Shown in pieces: positions 48,781-61,754 of a DNA stretch of 64,000 bases (position 1 is its first letter; the number at the start of each line of letters is the position of its first letter). Under the pieces are notes generated by a model. It ran no database searches. It saw only the letters and a list, made by a program, of their open reading frames with translations, and was not told the origin of the DNA. Position numbers and translations under genes: made by a program. The DNA is from Mobula hypostoma (lineage: Eukaryota), in contig NC_086097.1 in the NCBI RefSeq assembly GCF_963921235.1, positions 21,020,001 through 21,084,000 on the forward strand, given 5' to 3'.

Positions 48781-50059
48781 TGCCTTATAAAGCCTCAGCG
48801 TTACATCCTATTTGAAATTGTGAAGCTGGGTAAGGTGTATGACTGAGAAAGGCACTGACAGATAGCGGGTTTCTTACACACCTGCTACTCTGGCCCCTCT
48901 AGGAGAAGCTCCTGGCATGGACAACTTGTTCAGGAGCTGTCAGTAGTTACTGCAGTGGATTTTTTAAATTTCAAAAGCAAACTTTATTTACAACAAGCTG
49001 AGAACAAGAGATCAAAGAGTGGCAAGTTGGGATTGGTTTATTATTGTCACCCGAGCTGCCAGCAGAGTGCTGGATGGGGGTTCAATCGCATCATTTAAGA
49101 GAAGTACATAGTTGGGAGAGGTACGAAGGGAAGTGGTCCGGGTGCTGGTTAATAGGATCAGGCAAAATAACAGTTTGGCATGAACTGGATGGGCTGAAGG
49201 GCCTGTTTCTGTGCTGTAGTGCTTTTTGACTCCATGTACCGAGATACAGTGAAAACTTTGTCTTGCATACTGTTCATTCAGATCAAATCATTCCACAGTG
49301 CATTGAGGTGAAACGGGGAAAACAATGACAATACAGAATGAAGTGTAAAAGCTACAGAGAAAGCGTAGCGCAGGTAAATGATCATAACGAAGTAGATTGT
49401 GAGATCAGGAGTCCATCTTATCACCAGAATCAGAATCAAGTTTAATATCAGATTCAAAGTACATTTATTATTAAAGAATGTATAAATTATACAGCATTAT
49501 AAAGAAGGCCCGAAGCCTCAGTATACAGTCTATATTAGCTTGGCAAGTTGCCACAAAGTTCTCAGACATGAAGACACAGCAGCCGGGGCAGTCCACAGCA
49601 TCAATGTCATGGAGAGAGGAAACCCCAGACTAGTTGGGCTGGTGTTTAAATTGTCCGAACCTCGCACTAGGAACTGGGCCACACCATGATGAATCGCTCT
49701 GGGCCTAGAGAAGTCATTCTTGACCTCTCCATATTGGCATGGCGCTTGAACAATCCAACCTTGCTTGACTCTCAACACCCATCCTTTCCAGTGTATCTGG
49801 GCCAGTGTTTAGATTGTCTAAACAACATAGACCCGGGCATTAGGACCCGGGCCTCCTGACGGCGAATTTCTCTGGGCCTAGAAAGTGCCACTCAGCGATT
49901 TGCTTCAGACCTGGATTTTGCTGCTAAAGAAGCTGTTCTCAACCTCTCCAAATTGGCTCGGCTCTTGGAGCGATGTACCCTCGCACTTCGGTTAGTTGGA
50001 CGGGAATTGGAACTCTTTCGTCTCGTCTTCTCCCCTCCGAATCGTCCTCTCGAACCACA

Positions 50060-51705
50060 GCATATGTCATGAAATTTCTTGTCTTTGTAGCACATACATA
50101 ATAACACACAAAACGCAAATTACAGTAAGTATATATATTTATTAAATAGTTAAATTAAATCATTAGCGCAAAATAAAAATTAAAATGTAGTGAGGTAGTG
50201 TTCATGAGTTCAATGTCCATACAGGAATTGGATGGCAGAGGGGAAGAAGCTCTTCCTGAATTGTTGAGTGTGTGCCTTCAGGCTCCTGTACCTCCTTCCT
50301 AATGGTAACAATAAGAACAAGGCATGGCCTGGGTGATGGGGGTCCTGAATGATGGATGCTGCCTTTTTGAGGCATTGCTCCTTGAAGATATCCTGGGTAC
50401 TATGGAGGCCAGTGCCCATGATGGAGCTGACTAAGTTTACAGCTCTCTGCAGCTTATTTCGATCCTGTGCGGTAGTCCCAGCGCACCCCCCCCCCCGCCA
50501 TGCCAGATGGTGACACAGTCAGTTAGAATGCCATCCACAGTATATCTGTAGAAAGTTGCGAGTGTCTTTGGTGACAAACCAAATCTCCTCAAATTCCTAA
50601 TGAAATACAGCTGCTGTTGTGCCTTCTTTGTAGCTGCATCGATATGTTGTGTCCAGGTTAGATCCTCAGAGATCTTGACACCCTGGAACTTGAAATTGCT
50701 CACTCCTTCCACCTCTAATCCCTCTATGAGGACTGGTGTGTGTTCCCTCATCTTACCCTTTCTGAAGCCCACAATCAGATTCTTTGGTCCGACTGACATT
50801 GAGTGTAAGGTTGTTGCTGTGACGCCCCTCAACTGGCTGATTTACCTCACTCCTGTACGCCTTCTCATCACCATCTGAATTTCTGCCAACAATACTTGTG
50901 TTGTCAGCAGATTTTTAGATGGCATTTGAGCTGTGCCTAGACGCACATTCATGGGTATAGAGAGAGTAGAGCGGTGGGCTAAGACCACACCTCTGAGGTG
51001 CGCCAGTGTTGATCGTCAGCGAGGTGGAGATATTATTTCCCATCCACACAGAGTGTGGACTTCCCGTTAGGAAGCTGAGGATCCAGTTGCAGAGGGAGGT
51101 ACAGAGGCCCAGGTTCAGTAGCTTTTTGATCAGCACTGTGGTGTTAAGTGCTGAGCTGTAGTCAGTAAAGAACATCCTGACATCTGTACTTGTATTGTCC
51201 AGGTGAAGAGCTACTGAGATTATATCTGCTGTAGACTTCTGTGGCAATAGGCAAATTGCAGTGGGTCCAGGTCCTTGCTGAGACAGGAGTTAATTCTAGC
51301 CATAACCAACCCCTCAAAGCACCTCATCGTAGATGTGTGTGCTACTGGATGTTAGTCATTAAGGGTGAGGTGCCTTGATGACTATCACCCAATAGCACTC
51401 TTCTTGGGCACTGGTATAATTGTTGCCATTTTGAAGCAGCTGGGAACTTCTGTCTGTAGCAATGAGAGATTGAAAATGTCTTTGAACACATCTGCTAGTT
51501 GGTTGGCATAGGCTTTCAGAGCCTTACTAAGTACTCCATTGGGGCCTGGTGCCTTGTGACAAACAGCCTGATGTTGGCCTCTGAGACAGAGATCACAGGG
51601 TCTCCAGGTGCTGCAGGGATCCTTCTAGCTGTAGTTTTATTCTCCCTTTTGAGGTAGGCATAAGCTCATCCTAGACTGAAACATCATAGTCATTCACACT
51701 AGGGA
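50060..51705 (-). mobile_element. Decayed Rex1/Babar-like LINE
   Basis: Fragments RMFFTDYSSALNT..TGAPQRCGLSP.LYSLYTHEC and KKAQQQLYFIRNLRRFG, plus family 3' tail. Confidence 0.85.
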
Positions 51706-54649
51706 AACATTTAATAGTCTTATTACAGAGAGGTAGAAACTGTCCTTGAGCCTGGTGATATGTGCTCTCAGGCTTTCGTATCTTCTGCTTGATGAAAGGG
51801 GGAGAAGAGGGAATATCAGGATAGGACAGGAACTTTGATTATGCTGTCCGATTTACTGAGGCAGTGAGAAATGTAGACAGAGTAGGTGGAGGGGCTGCTG
51901 TTTCTATAATGTGGTGAGCTGTGTCCGCAACTTGTGTCATTTATTCAATACGTTCAGTAACGTTAGCACATATTTCTTTGACATAGCACCATTGCCAGTC
52001 CCTGAGGTGATACAGTCTCCTGTTGTTTAAAAGGTTTCCGCCACCATGCTCAGCACCTGAAGGTCCGGAAGACCATAGACACAGGTGCAGAATTGGGCCA
52101 TTTGGCCCATCGAGTCCAGTAGCAGAAGGACCAGCAGGTGATCCTTCTCCTGAAAGCCTTTTCATTGGCTGCACCCTGCTTCAGTACATCCTTCAACACC
52201 TCCTCCTGCAGCATGGAACGCAAATGGCGCACGCTCCAACGAACTGGTTGGAGTGAATTTTCAGCAGAACGACCGGAGACTTTTGGAGGGCGTTGGCAGC
52301 CCTTCCGCTGCTTTGCTGTTGGCCACTGTAGGCTGCCACTCTTTGACTGAGTGATCTTTGAATGCCCTGATTGTGTGTAATCCTATTTACTTATCGATAT
52401 ATTCTGAGTCTTGAAATTTAAGTGCCACACATCCAAAAGCATGCCTGCAACACGAGCAATGCTGCCGACGCTGGAGCTTGAAAGCAACACACAGCAGGTC
52501 ACTCAGCAGGAGGAACTCAGCAGGTCAGGCGGCCTCTGGAGCAGAATAAACAGTTGACGTTTCAGGCCAAGACTTTGTCTGGGAGAAGGGAACCTCAGCT
52601 GCATCAGGCCCAGGCCCAGGCGCTGACTCTTTAGAAGTGGGATCCCATGACTGATCCACTTGGTCCAGAGCCTTTTTCCCCAGAGAAAGAGAAACAAGCA
52701 TTAGAGGGAATGGGCATAAGATGCGAGGGAGAAGAATTGAAGGGGATCAGAAGGGGACAGTTTTCACACAGAGGTTGGTGGGTGTGTGCAATGTGCTGCC
52801 AGAGGAGGTGGTGGAGACAAGTACAATAACAACATTCACTAGTTACTTGGACAGGTACATGGCTAGGGAAGGAGGGTTATGAGCCAAACAAAGGCAAATG
52901 GGACTAGCTTAAATAGGCATCATTATTATTGATTTGAACTAAAGGGATTGTTACTGTGCTGTATAAATTTATGACCCTGTCAGCTCTTATGTCAGAAATA
53001 TTCAAGCGGAATCGGTGATTCCGGTTTAGTCCAAAATTGCCTCTTTGCTCTCACAGTGGCCTTCTGGAGGTTGCCCCTGGCCTGGTGAGAGGGATAAACC
53101 CCCAAAGGGGTATTGTGCTTGTTCCCGTCCCAACTTCTGCATCCTCTGAGGTGAGGAATGTGGATGTGAAGAGCAGCAGGAAACAGGCCAGCGATTCTGT
53201 TACGAAACATGGCTAAGGTCACTTAGCACTTTCATGCAAGGGTGGTTATTAAGTGTGTCAAAAATCAAACATACAATAACTAGTGAAAATAGCAAAAAGG
53301 AAACTGCCAATATTAATAATAAGATATCTATCAGAAAATGCAATAAATAGATCCAAACTATGTCCATTGGGAACCACTGGCAGCTCGATCTCGCTCTCTC
53401 TCTGTCCCTGAGAGAGATCCACATGTTATTTTTAGGCACCAGAACATACCGGCTTTAATTACTCACAAGGTTAACTTAAGGCTATACTCGAATCAGAATA
53501 TGATGCACCCCACAGTGTGGTGGCATTCATATTACAAAATAAAAAGTAGTATCTAGCTTAAACACCGTATACAAACAACATATAGACATCCCCATTACTA
53601 AAGAAATGGAATATTCCGCTGTGTGTGGCGGGAAAGGCGCCATTAAGCCAACACGTTACTGGAATATACCAGGGGTAAGACATTGAAGTGTGCACACTCA
53701 ATATAATGACGAGGCGATGTTTGCGTGTGAGCGTAAAAATGCACTTGTGTGTAGAGTGCACAAGATTCTCCTCAAGCAGCAGACGAGCCAGCCAGCTTAA
53801 TAACACTGTTTGCAGGAGCTTGCTGTGCGTAAGTTAGCTGCTACAATTTCTGCAACGGGGACTGCAGTAAATTGGCTGCATTTTATTGGGATACTGTATA
53901 CTGAAAGAGATGTGACAAGTGCCATAGAAATGCAGGTGTGTCTTTTTGTTTGCAGCGTATTTAGGAGTACAGGAGCCTGAAGACACATGTACACTCAATA
54001 TTTTGGAAACAGCTTCATCCCCTCTGCCATCAGATCCCTGAATGGACAATGAACCAATGCATGAATACTACCTCATTACTTTTGCTCGCTTTTTGTAATA
54101 CGTATTTAATTTAGTTTTAATACATATTTCTTCTTGTAAGTTCTGGTATTTTAACGTATTTCACTGTACTGCTGCCACAAAACAACAAATTTCACGCCAT
54201 ATGTCAGTGCTATTAAACTTGATTCTGATTTCAGTCTTTATTTTCCACCATCGGCAGTCTCCTATACTTTTGCGGATACTCCACGGAATATAACTGACAG
54301 AAGCATCTCATTCCACAAGGAACGAGAGAGGAGTGTCACTGCCAGACACCCTGCACGTTCCCGGATGCCGCTGACTTGGGCTAATGGTGTGGGGCAGCTG
54401 GTATTGATTCAGACACTTGTGATTATTCCCCCCTGGTTTTCATATCCACGGATGTCACCAACAAATGATGCAAAACCTGCTGCTAAATCAATATTGCCCA
54501 CTCTCCGTCATCAAATCCAATCAAATGTAAAACCACTCCCTGCAAGCCTTTTGAATCTACTTCACAACTCACTTGGATAGGTTTTGTCTCCTTTGCATCC
54601 TGTGGAGAATCCCTACATACGACTAATGTCACGCTTCATTACCCTGCGA

Positions 54650-54840
54650 GGATCATCACCTTGTGGTGATGGAGATGCTGGTAAGTTCCTGAGATCCCGA
54701 GAGCGATGCTGTCTGGAGTTTAGCCGTCTGGAGCTTAGCTTCTGGTAGGGTCACCCAGGGTGGTAAGGTCAAGGGGGAGATTCCAGACGAAGAGTGATCC
54801 AACCAAGACCTCAGTGGTGGTGCTGGCAGAAGATGATGAC
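54650..54840 (+). mobile_element. Short RTE (Expander/Rex3-like) 5' UTR-derived element
   Basis: Shares TGGTAGGGTCACCCA (54743-54757), GAGAGC..TGCTG.CTGGAGT and CCAGAC.AAGA with 16637-16970; ends in GATGATGA. Confidence 0.55.
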
Positions 54841-55685
54841 ATAGTCATAGTCATAGTCATACTTTATTGATCCTGGGGGAAATTGGTTTTCATTACAGTT
54901 GCACCATAAATAATAAATAGTAATAGAACCATAAATAGTTAAATAGTAATATGTAAATTATGCCAGTAAATTATGAAATAAGTCCAGGACCAGCCTATTG
55001 GCTCAGGGTGTCTGACGCTCCAAGGGAGGAGTTGTAAAGCTTGATCGCCACAGGCAGGAATGACTTCCTATGATGCTCAGTGCTGCATCTCGGTGGAATG
55101 AGTCTCTGGCTGAATGTACTCCTGTGCCCACCCAGTACATTATGTAGTGGATGGGAGACATTGACCAAATTGGCATGCAACTTAGACAGCATTCTCTTTC
55201 CAGACACCACCGTGAGAGAGTCCAGTTCCATCCCCACAACATCACTGGCCTTACCAATGAGTTTGTTGATTCTGTTGGTGTCTGCTACCCTCAGCCTGCT
55301 GCCCCAGCACACAACAGCAAACATGATAGCACTGGCCACCACAGACTCGTAGAACATCCTCAGCATCGTCTGGCAGATGTTAAAGGACCTCAGTCTCCTC
55401 AGGAAATAGAGATGGCTCTGACCTTTCTTGTAGACAGCCTCAGTGTTCCTTGACCGGTCCAGGTTATTGTCAATTTGTATCCCCAGGTATTTGTAATCCT
55501 CCACCATGTCCACACTGACCCCCTGGATGGAAACAGGGGTCACTGGTACCTTAGCTCTCCTCAGGTCTACCACCAGCTCCTTAGACTTTTTCACATTAAG
55601 CTGCAGATAATTCTGGTCACACCATGTGACAAAGTTTCCTACCGTAGCCCTGTACTCTCCCTTGCTGATGCATCCAACTATAACA
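54841..55685 (-). mobile_element. Young Rex1-like LINE 3' end
   Basis: Open frame to 54995 (LQLNVKKSKELVVDLRR..YKYLG..LYFLRRLRSFN..KSFLPVAIKLYN); AATAAA and (GACTAT)n tail on the minus strand. Confidence 0.9.
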
Positions 55686-56013
55686 GATTCTGCTCTGCTG
55701 TTTAAGACAATTAAATAGATCCCTAGTATGATAAGTTGTACTCTTGACCTCACAATCTACCTCACTATGATCTTGCACCTTATTGTTTACTTGCAATTTC
55801 TCTGTAGCTGTTATACTTTGTTCAGCATTGTTCTTGTTTTATCTTGTTCTACCTCAATGCGCTGTGTAAAGATCTAATCTGTATTTTCTTCACTGTATCT
55901 CACTATGTATGATGATAATAAACCAATTCCAATTCTAGACTGAGGAACAATTTTCACTCAATGAGAGGAAGGGTTTGGAACTCACTATCTGAAAGGGTGC
56001 GGAGACAGAAACA

Positions 56014-57486
56014 TAGAAACATAGAAACATAGAAAATAGGTGCAGGAGTAGGCCATTCGGCCCTTCGAGCCTGCACCGCCATTTATTATGATCATGGCTG
56101 ATCATCCAACTCAGAACCCCGCCCCAGCCTTCCCTCCATACCCCTTGACCCCTGTAGCCACAAGGGCCATATCCAACTCCCTCTTAAACATAGCCAATGA
56201 ACTGGCCTCAACAGTTTCCTGTGGCAGAGAATTCCACAGATTCACCACTCTCTGTGTGAAGAAGTTTTTCCTAATCTCGGTCCTAAAAGGCTTCCCCTCT
56301 ATCCTCAAACTGTGACCCCTCGTTCTGGACTTCCCCAACATCGGGAACAATCTTCCTGCATCTAGCCTGTCCAATCCCTTTAGGATCTTATACGTTTCAA
56401 TCAGATCCCCCCTCAATCTTCTAAATTCCAACGAGTACAAGCCCAGTTCATCCAGTCTTTCTTCATATGAAAGACCTGCCATCCCAGGAATCAATCTGGT
56501 GAACCTTCTTTGTACTCCCTCTATGGCAAAGATGTCTTTCCTCAGATTAGGGGACCAAAACTGCACACAATACTCCAGGTGTGGTCTCACCAAGGCCTTG
56601 TACAACTGCAGTAGTACCTCCCTGCTCCTGTACTCAAATCCTCTCGCTATAAATGCCAGCATACCATTTGCCTTTTTCACCGCCTGCTGTATCTGTATGC
56701 CCACTTTCAATGACTGGTGTATAATGACACCCAGGTCTCGTTGCACCTCCCCTTTTCCTAATCGGCCACCATTCAGATAATAATCTGTTTTCCTATTTTT
56801 GCCACCAAAGTGGATAACTTCACATTTATCCACAATAAATTGCATCTGCCATGAGTTTGCCCACTCACCCAACCTATCCAAGTCACCCTGCATCCTCTTA
56901 GCATCCTCCTCACTGCTAACACTGCCACCCAGCTTCGTGTCATCCGCAAACTTGGAGATGCTGCATTTAATTCCCTCATCCACGTCATTAATATATATTG
57001 TAAACAACTGGGGTCCCAGCACTGAGCCTTGCGGTACCCCACTAGTCACCGCCTGCCATTCTGAAAAGGTCCCGTTTATTCCCACTCTTTGCTTCCTGTC
57101 TGCTAACCAATTCTCCACCCACACCAATACCTTACCCCCAATACCGTGTGCTTTAAGTTTGCACACTAATCTCCTGTGTGGGACCTTGTCAAAAGCCTTT
57201 TGAAAATCCAAATATACCACATCCACTGGTTCTCCCCTATCCACTCTACTAGTTACATCCTCAAAAAATTCTATGAGATTCGTCAGACATGATTTTCCTT
57301 TCACAAATCCATGCTGACTTTGTCCGATCATTTCGCCGCTTTCCAAATGTGCTGTTATCACATCCTTGATAACTGACTCCAGCAGTTTCCCCACCACCGA
57401 CGTTAGGCTAACCAGTCTATAATTCCTCTTTTAAAGGAATCTCCCTCCTTTTTTAAAAAGTGGGGTTACATTAGCCACCCTCCAAT
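56014..57486 (-). mobile_element. Young 5'-truncated CR1 LINE (second family) with uninterrupted RT frame 56111-57397
   Basis: 428 aa with [26 protein letters not shown] and CR1 C-terminus; (TTTCTATG)n tail; CAGAAACA direct repeat at 56006-56013 and 57487-57494. Confidence 0.95.
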
Positions 57487-60400
57487 CAGAAACACTCAGC
57501 ATTTTTTAAAAGTACTTGAACGAGCTCCTGATTTGCTGTAACCTCCAGAACTATAGGTCAAGTGAGGGAAAGCAGGATTTTTCCTAAGCAACACAGACAA
57601 AATGCTGGAAGAACTCAGCAGGTCAGGCAGTATCTATGGAAAGGAATAAACAGTCGACGTTTTGGGCTGAGATTCTTCATCACGACTGGAAAGGAAGGGG
57701 GAAGAAGCCAGAATAAGAAGGTGTTTATAAAAAATGACTTGCCAAGTTGTGAAAGGATTATAGAAATCCGAGTTCCTCACTGGTGAAACCATGTAAAACT
57801 CACACTTTATTCATCAGTGCTTTGAAACATGGCCTATTGGAAAACTAAACTAATGAAATATTTGTGTTAAGTCCATTGTAATCAGATCCAGAGAATATTC
57901 TTCTTTCTGAAAAAGAAGTAATTAATCTGAAGTCAATTCAAGGGCAGGTTTGTAAAACAGTCTGGCAAAATCTACCAAATTACCTCTCACATAGACAGCA
58001 TATGCTTCAGTGACCTTAATAGCAACTGTGACCTATATTCACTCGGGAGTGAAACACACCGTATCTCTGAATGGCTGATTAGATGGACTGCAGTGAGATT
58101 GAATGGCTACAGAGATGAAGCCAATTTAAAACAAACCAGTGTCTTCTGCGAGAAGCGTTTGGCAAATCATTTTTCTTTGAGAAGGGAGAAAATATTTTTG
58201 TACCGCAGTGACATTCTGTAAAAATGACTCTATTAAGTTGTTAAATGATATGTAATTGGTGAGTAGAAGAAATATGGCTTGTGAAATGTATTTGCAACAA
58301 GGATGCATCTTCTGTTGAAAAGGATTTTAAAGGAACCCCTCAGTGTCTCAGCTGAACCACATAGACTCAGAGGGCCCTGGTTCAATCCAGTTGTGGGCTT
58401 TTACTGCTCTGGTCTGGAGTTCTCGCCAAACAGGTGAATGCTGGGTAACTTCTTCCTGCCCCAAATTAAACGGCAGGCCCTGATCCATTTTAGCCTTCAA
58501 TTCAGAATCAAAACTGCTTCAAGTTCCCAGGTGTCAACATCTCAGAGGACTAATCATGGGTCCAGATTATAGACACAACCAGAAGAATTCAACTTTCTGA
58601 GAAATTTAAGGAGTTTTGGCATCTCATACAATCGGTCCACGTATGAAAGCTAATCTTATGCATTTATATCTACTAAGCTTTCTTATTCAGTCCTTTATGC
58701 TTATTGCATTTTCTTTATGCTGCATCGGATCTGGAGCAACGGTCATTTCATTCTCCCTCACGCTTGTGTACCGAAGAATGCCAAAAAATAAAATCTTAAA
58801 ACTTGAACGTCGTTGATGTCTGTTCTACAGATGTTGAGTGGAAGGCTTTCTGACTGGTTGTGCCAATGCACAGGAACACATGAGGTTATACAGTACGAAA
58901 CCTCGGTGCCAATCGGGAGGAAACTTTGGTGCCATTACCAAGCTTCCACAATCAATTTAAGTGATCTTCATTGAGGGGTTATTATTGGTCAAAAGACTGT
59001 GAACACTCTCCTCTAAATGCAGCTTCTGAGACAGACAGGGGCACCGGTTAATATTGTCGCAACCATGGATTCTGCCGCAGGGTCTACACGTCCCCACAGG
59101 GCTGCGTAACAGGGTTTGCAATTATGCTCGTGAGTATGCACGTTCCAGCTAATTACTGTTTCATTATGGCGGTACTTAACTCCCTTCTTTTCATTGTAGC
59201 CTTGACCAAAAGCACAGTAACGTTTACGTTCCCTGCTTACCCTAATCCTTGTCTAGGAAAGAGGACTACCATTTCGACTGATGCTGTAAAGGAGCTGTAC
59301 TTGTTTAGTATTTAGTTATTACTTCATGCCCTGATGTTGGTGTTTAACTTTCAGTTTGAGAGATTTAGTTAATTACACTGTTGGCCTAGTGTTCATTGTT
59401 TTTCTTTTCCTTTAAATTCTGCAACAGTTCTCATTAAAGTCAGTGAACTGTTGACCTGCTCCATTGTCTCCCCCTCTCTCCGCACACGGGCCATATCCAA
59501 ATGTCTCATCTGACAGGTGAGGTTCTGTACTGCAGTCTGCAGCACACTGGGACCTCACGAAATTGTGAAAGCGGAGAGCTGTATACAAAGCTCAGCACAT
59601 CATGGGTACCAGCCTCCCCTCAACGGACTCTGTCCACACTTCTCAGTGCAGCTAACAGAATCAAAGACCCTACCCACCCCGGACATTCTGTCCTATCCCC
59701 CCTCACATCAGGCAGAAGATACGGAAGTCTGAAAGCATGTACCACCAGGCATAAGGACAGCTTCTATCTACTGTTACCATAATCTCGAGAGACCTCCTGT
59801 ATTCTTGTGGATGTGGAGTGGATGTTTCCTGTGGTGGGGGAGTCAAACACCAGAGGACACAGGCTCAGAATAGAGGGACATCCTTTTAGAACGGAGATGG
59901 AGGAGGGATTTCTTTAGCAAGAGGGTGGTGAATCTGTGGAATTTGTTGCCACAGGCAGCTGTGGAGGCCAACTCATTGGGTATATTTAAGGCAGAGGTTG
60001 ATAGGTTCCTGATTGGCTGGGGCTTGAAGGGATACAGGGAGAAGGCAGGAGATTGGGGATGGGAAGAAAATTGGATCAGCCCTGATGTAAAGGCAGAGCA
60101 GACTCAATGGACCAAGAGGCCTAATTCTGCTCCTATATCTTATGGTCTTGTAAGCTGGACTCTTGACCTTACAATCTACCCTGTTATGATCTTGCACTTT
60201 ATCATTTACCCTTTCTCGGTAGCTGTTATACTTTATTCTTCATTGATATTGTTTTAGTTTGTTCTACCTTAATGCACTGTGCAATGACTCAGATTTGTTT
60301 ATCACATGTACATCGAAACATAGAGTGAAATGAGTCACTTGTGTTAACAACTAATACAAGTTAAGCTGTGCCGGGGGTTGGGGGGGGCAGCCCGCAAGTG

Positions 60401-60502
60401 TTGCCATATGTTCCCCAAATGCCCCAAATGTTCAGCAGAACAACACAAGCAATAAGATCAACAACAACAGCTACGATAAAACAAAACAACAGCAAATCAT
60501 AA

Positions 60503-61440
60503 GCACAAGAGATTCTGCAGATGCTGGAAATCCAGAGCAACACACACACACACACACACACACACAATGCTGGAGGAACTCAGCGGGTCAGGCAGCACCT
60601 ATGGAAAGGAATAAACAGTCGATGTTTTGGGCCGAGGCACTTCGTCAGGACTGGAAAGGGAGGGGGAAGGTGGGGGGGGGGGAAGGAGGCGAAGGAGTAC
60701 AAGCCAGAAGGTGATAGGTGGGTGGGGGAAGAGGAGATGCAGTTAGAAGTTGGGAGGTGATAGGTGGAAAAGGAAAAGGGTTGAAGAAGAAGAAGAACTC
60801 TGATAGTGGACCTAGGCAGGAAGTGAAGAAGGGGCACTGGGGGAGGTGATAGCGGATGAGGAGAGGGGAACCAGAGTGGGGAATGGAAGAAGAGGGAAGG
60901 GGAAGGGGAAAAACTACCGGTAGTTCTCTTTCAGCTCCTCCCACTTTCTCCAAACCCAGGCTGTAGCTATAGATACCCACATGGGCCCCAGCTACACCTG
61001 CCTCTTCGCTGGCTACATGGTACACTGGAAACGCTCCCCAACTCTTTCTGCGTTACATTAATAACTGCATTGATGCTGATCATGCACCCCTGCTGAGCCC
61101 ATCAATTTCATTAATTTAGCCTCCGTCTTCCACCTTGCCCTTAATTTCACTTGGGTATTTTTGACTCCTGTCTCCCCTTTCCTGATCTCTGTCTCCATCT
61201 CTGGAGACAATCTGTCCACTGGTATCTTACTGACTCTCACAGTCATCTTGACTATTCTTCCCACTCTGTCACCTGTAAAAATGCCATTCCCTTTTCTCAA
61301 TTTTTTCATCTCTGCCACATCTGTTCCTAGGATGAAGTTTGCTTTTCCAAAACATCCAAGGTGTTCTCCTTCTTCAAAGAACGGGATTTCCCTCCATCAT
61401 TGTGCTGCCCTCAGCCGCATCTCCTCCATTTCCCAGATGC
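60503..61440. mobile_element. Penelope-like composite: minus-strand 3' end (60503-60920) joined to a plus-strand RT fragment (~60925-61440)
   Basis: Family head and decayed hammerhead on the minus strand; then QTQAVAIDTHMGPSYTCLF, LRYINNC (RYIDD-like) and SVSISGDNLST on the plus strand. Confidence 0.75.
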
Positions 61441-61754
61441 CTCCTCGTGGTAGTAGAGGAAGGCATGGATTTTGACTTCTGACCTCGACCTCTCAGGACT
61501 TGCCAATAACACACTTTGACCTCCAGGCCATGACCTCCAAACTTGCATGGGCCTCAATCATTATTAAGGACCGTCACCACCTGGGACATACCCTCGTCTC
61601 ATTACTACCATCAGGGAGAAGGTATAGGACCTTCAGCATTTTAGGAACAGCTTCTTCTGCTCCACCATCAGATTTCTGAACGGTCCATGAATCCATGGAA
61701 CACTGCCTCACTATTCCACTCCTCATTTATTTTATTTCTTATTCTAAATTATAA

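Noticed and set aside
56111..57397. 428-aa uninterrupted RT frame as a functional or domesticated gene
   Set aside because: 5'-truncated CR1 with tail and TSD, lacking endonuclease and promoter; the open frame reflects youth.
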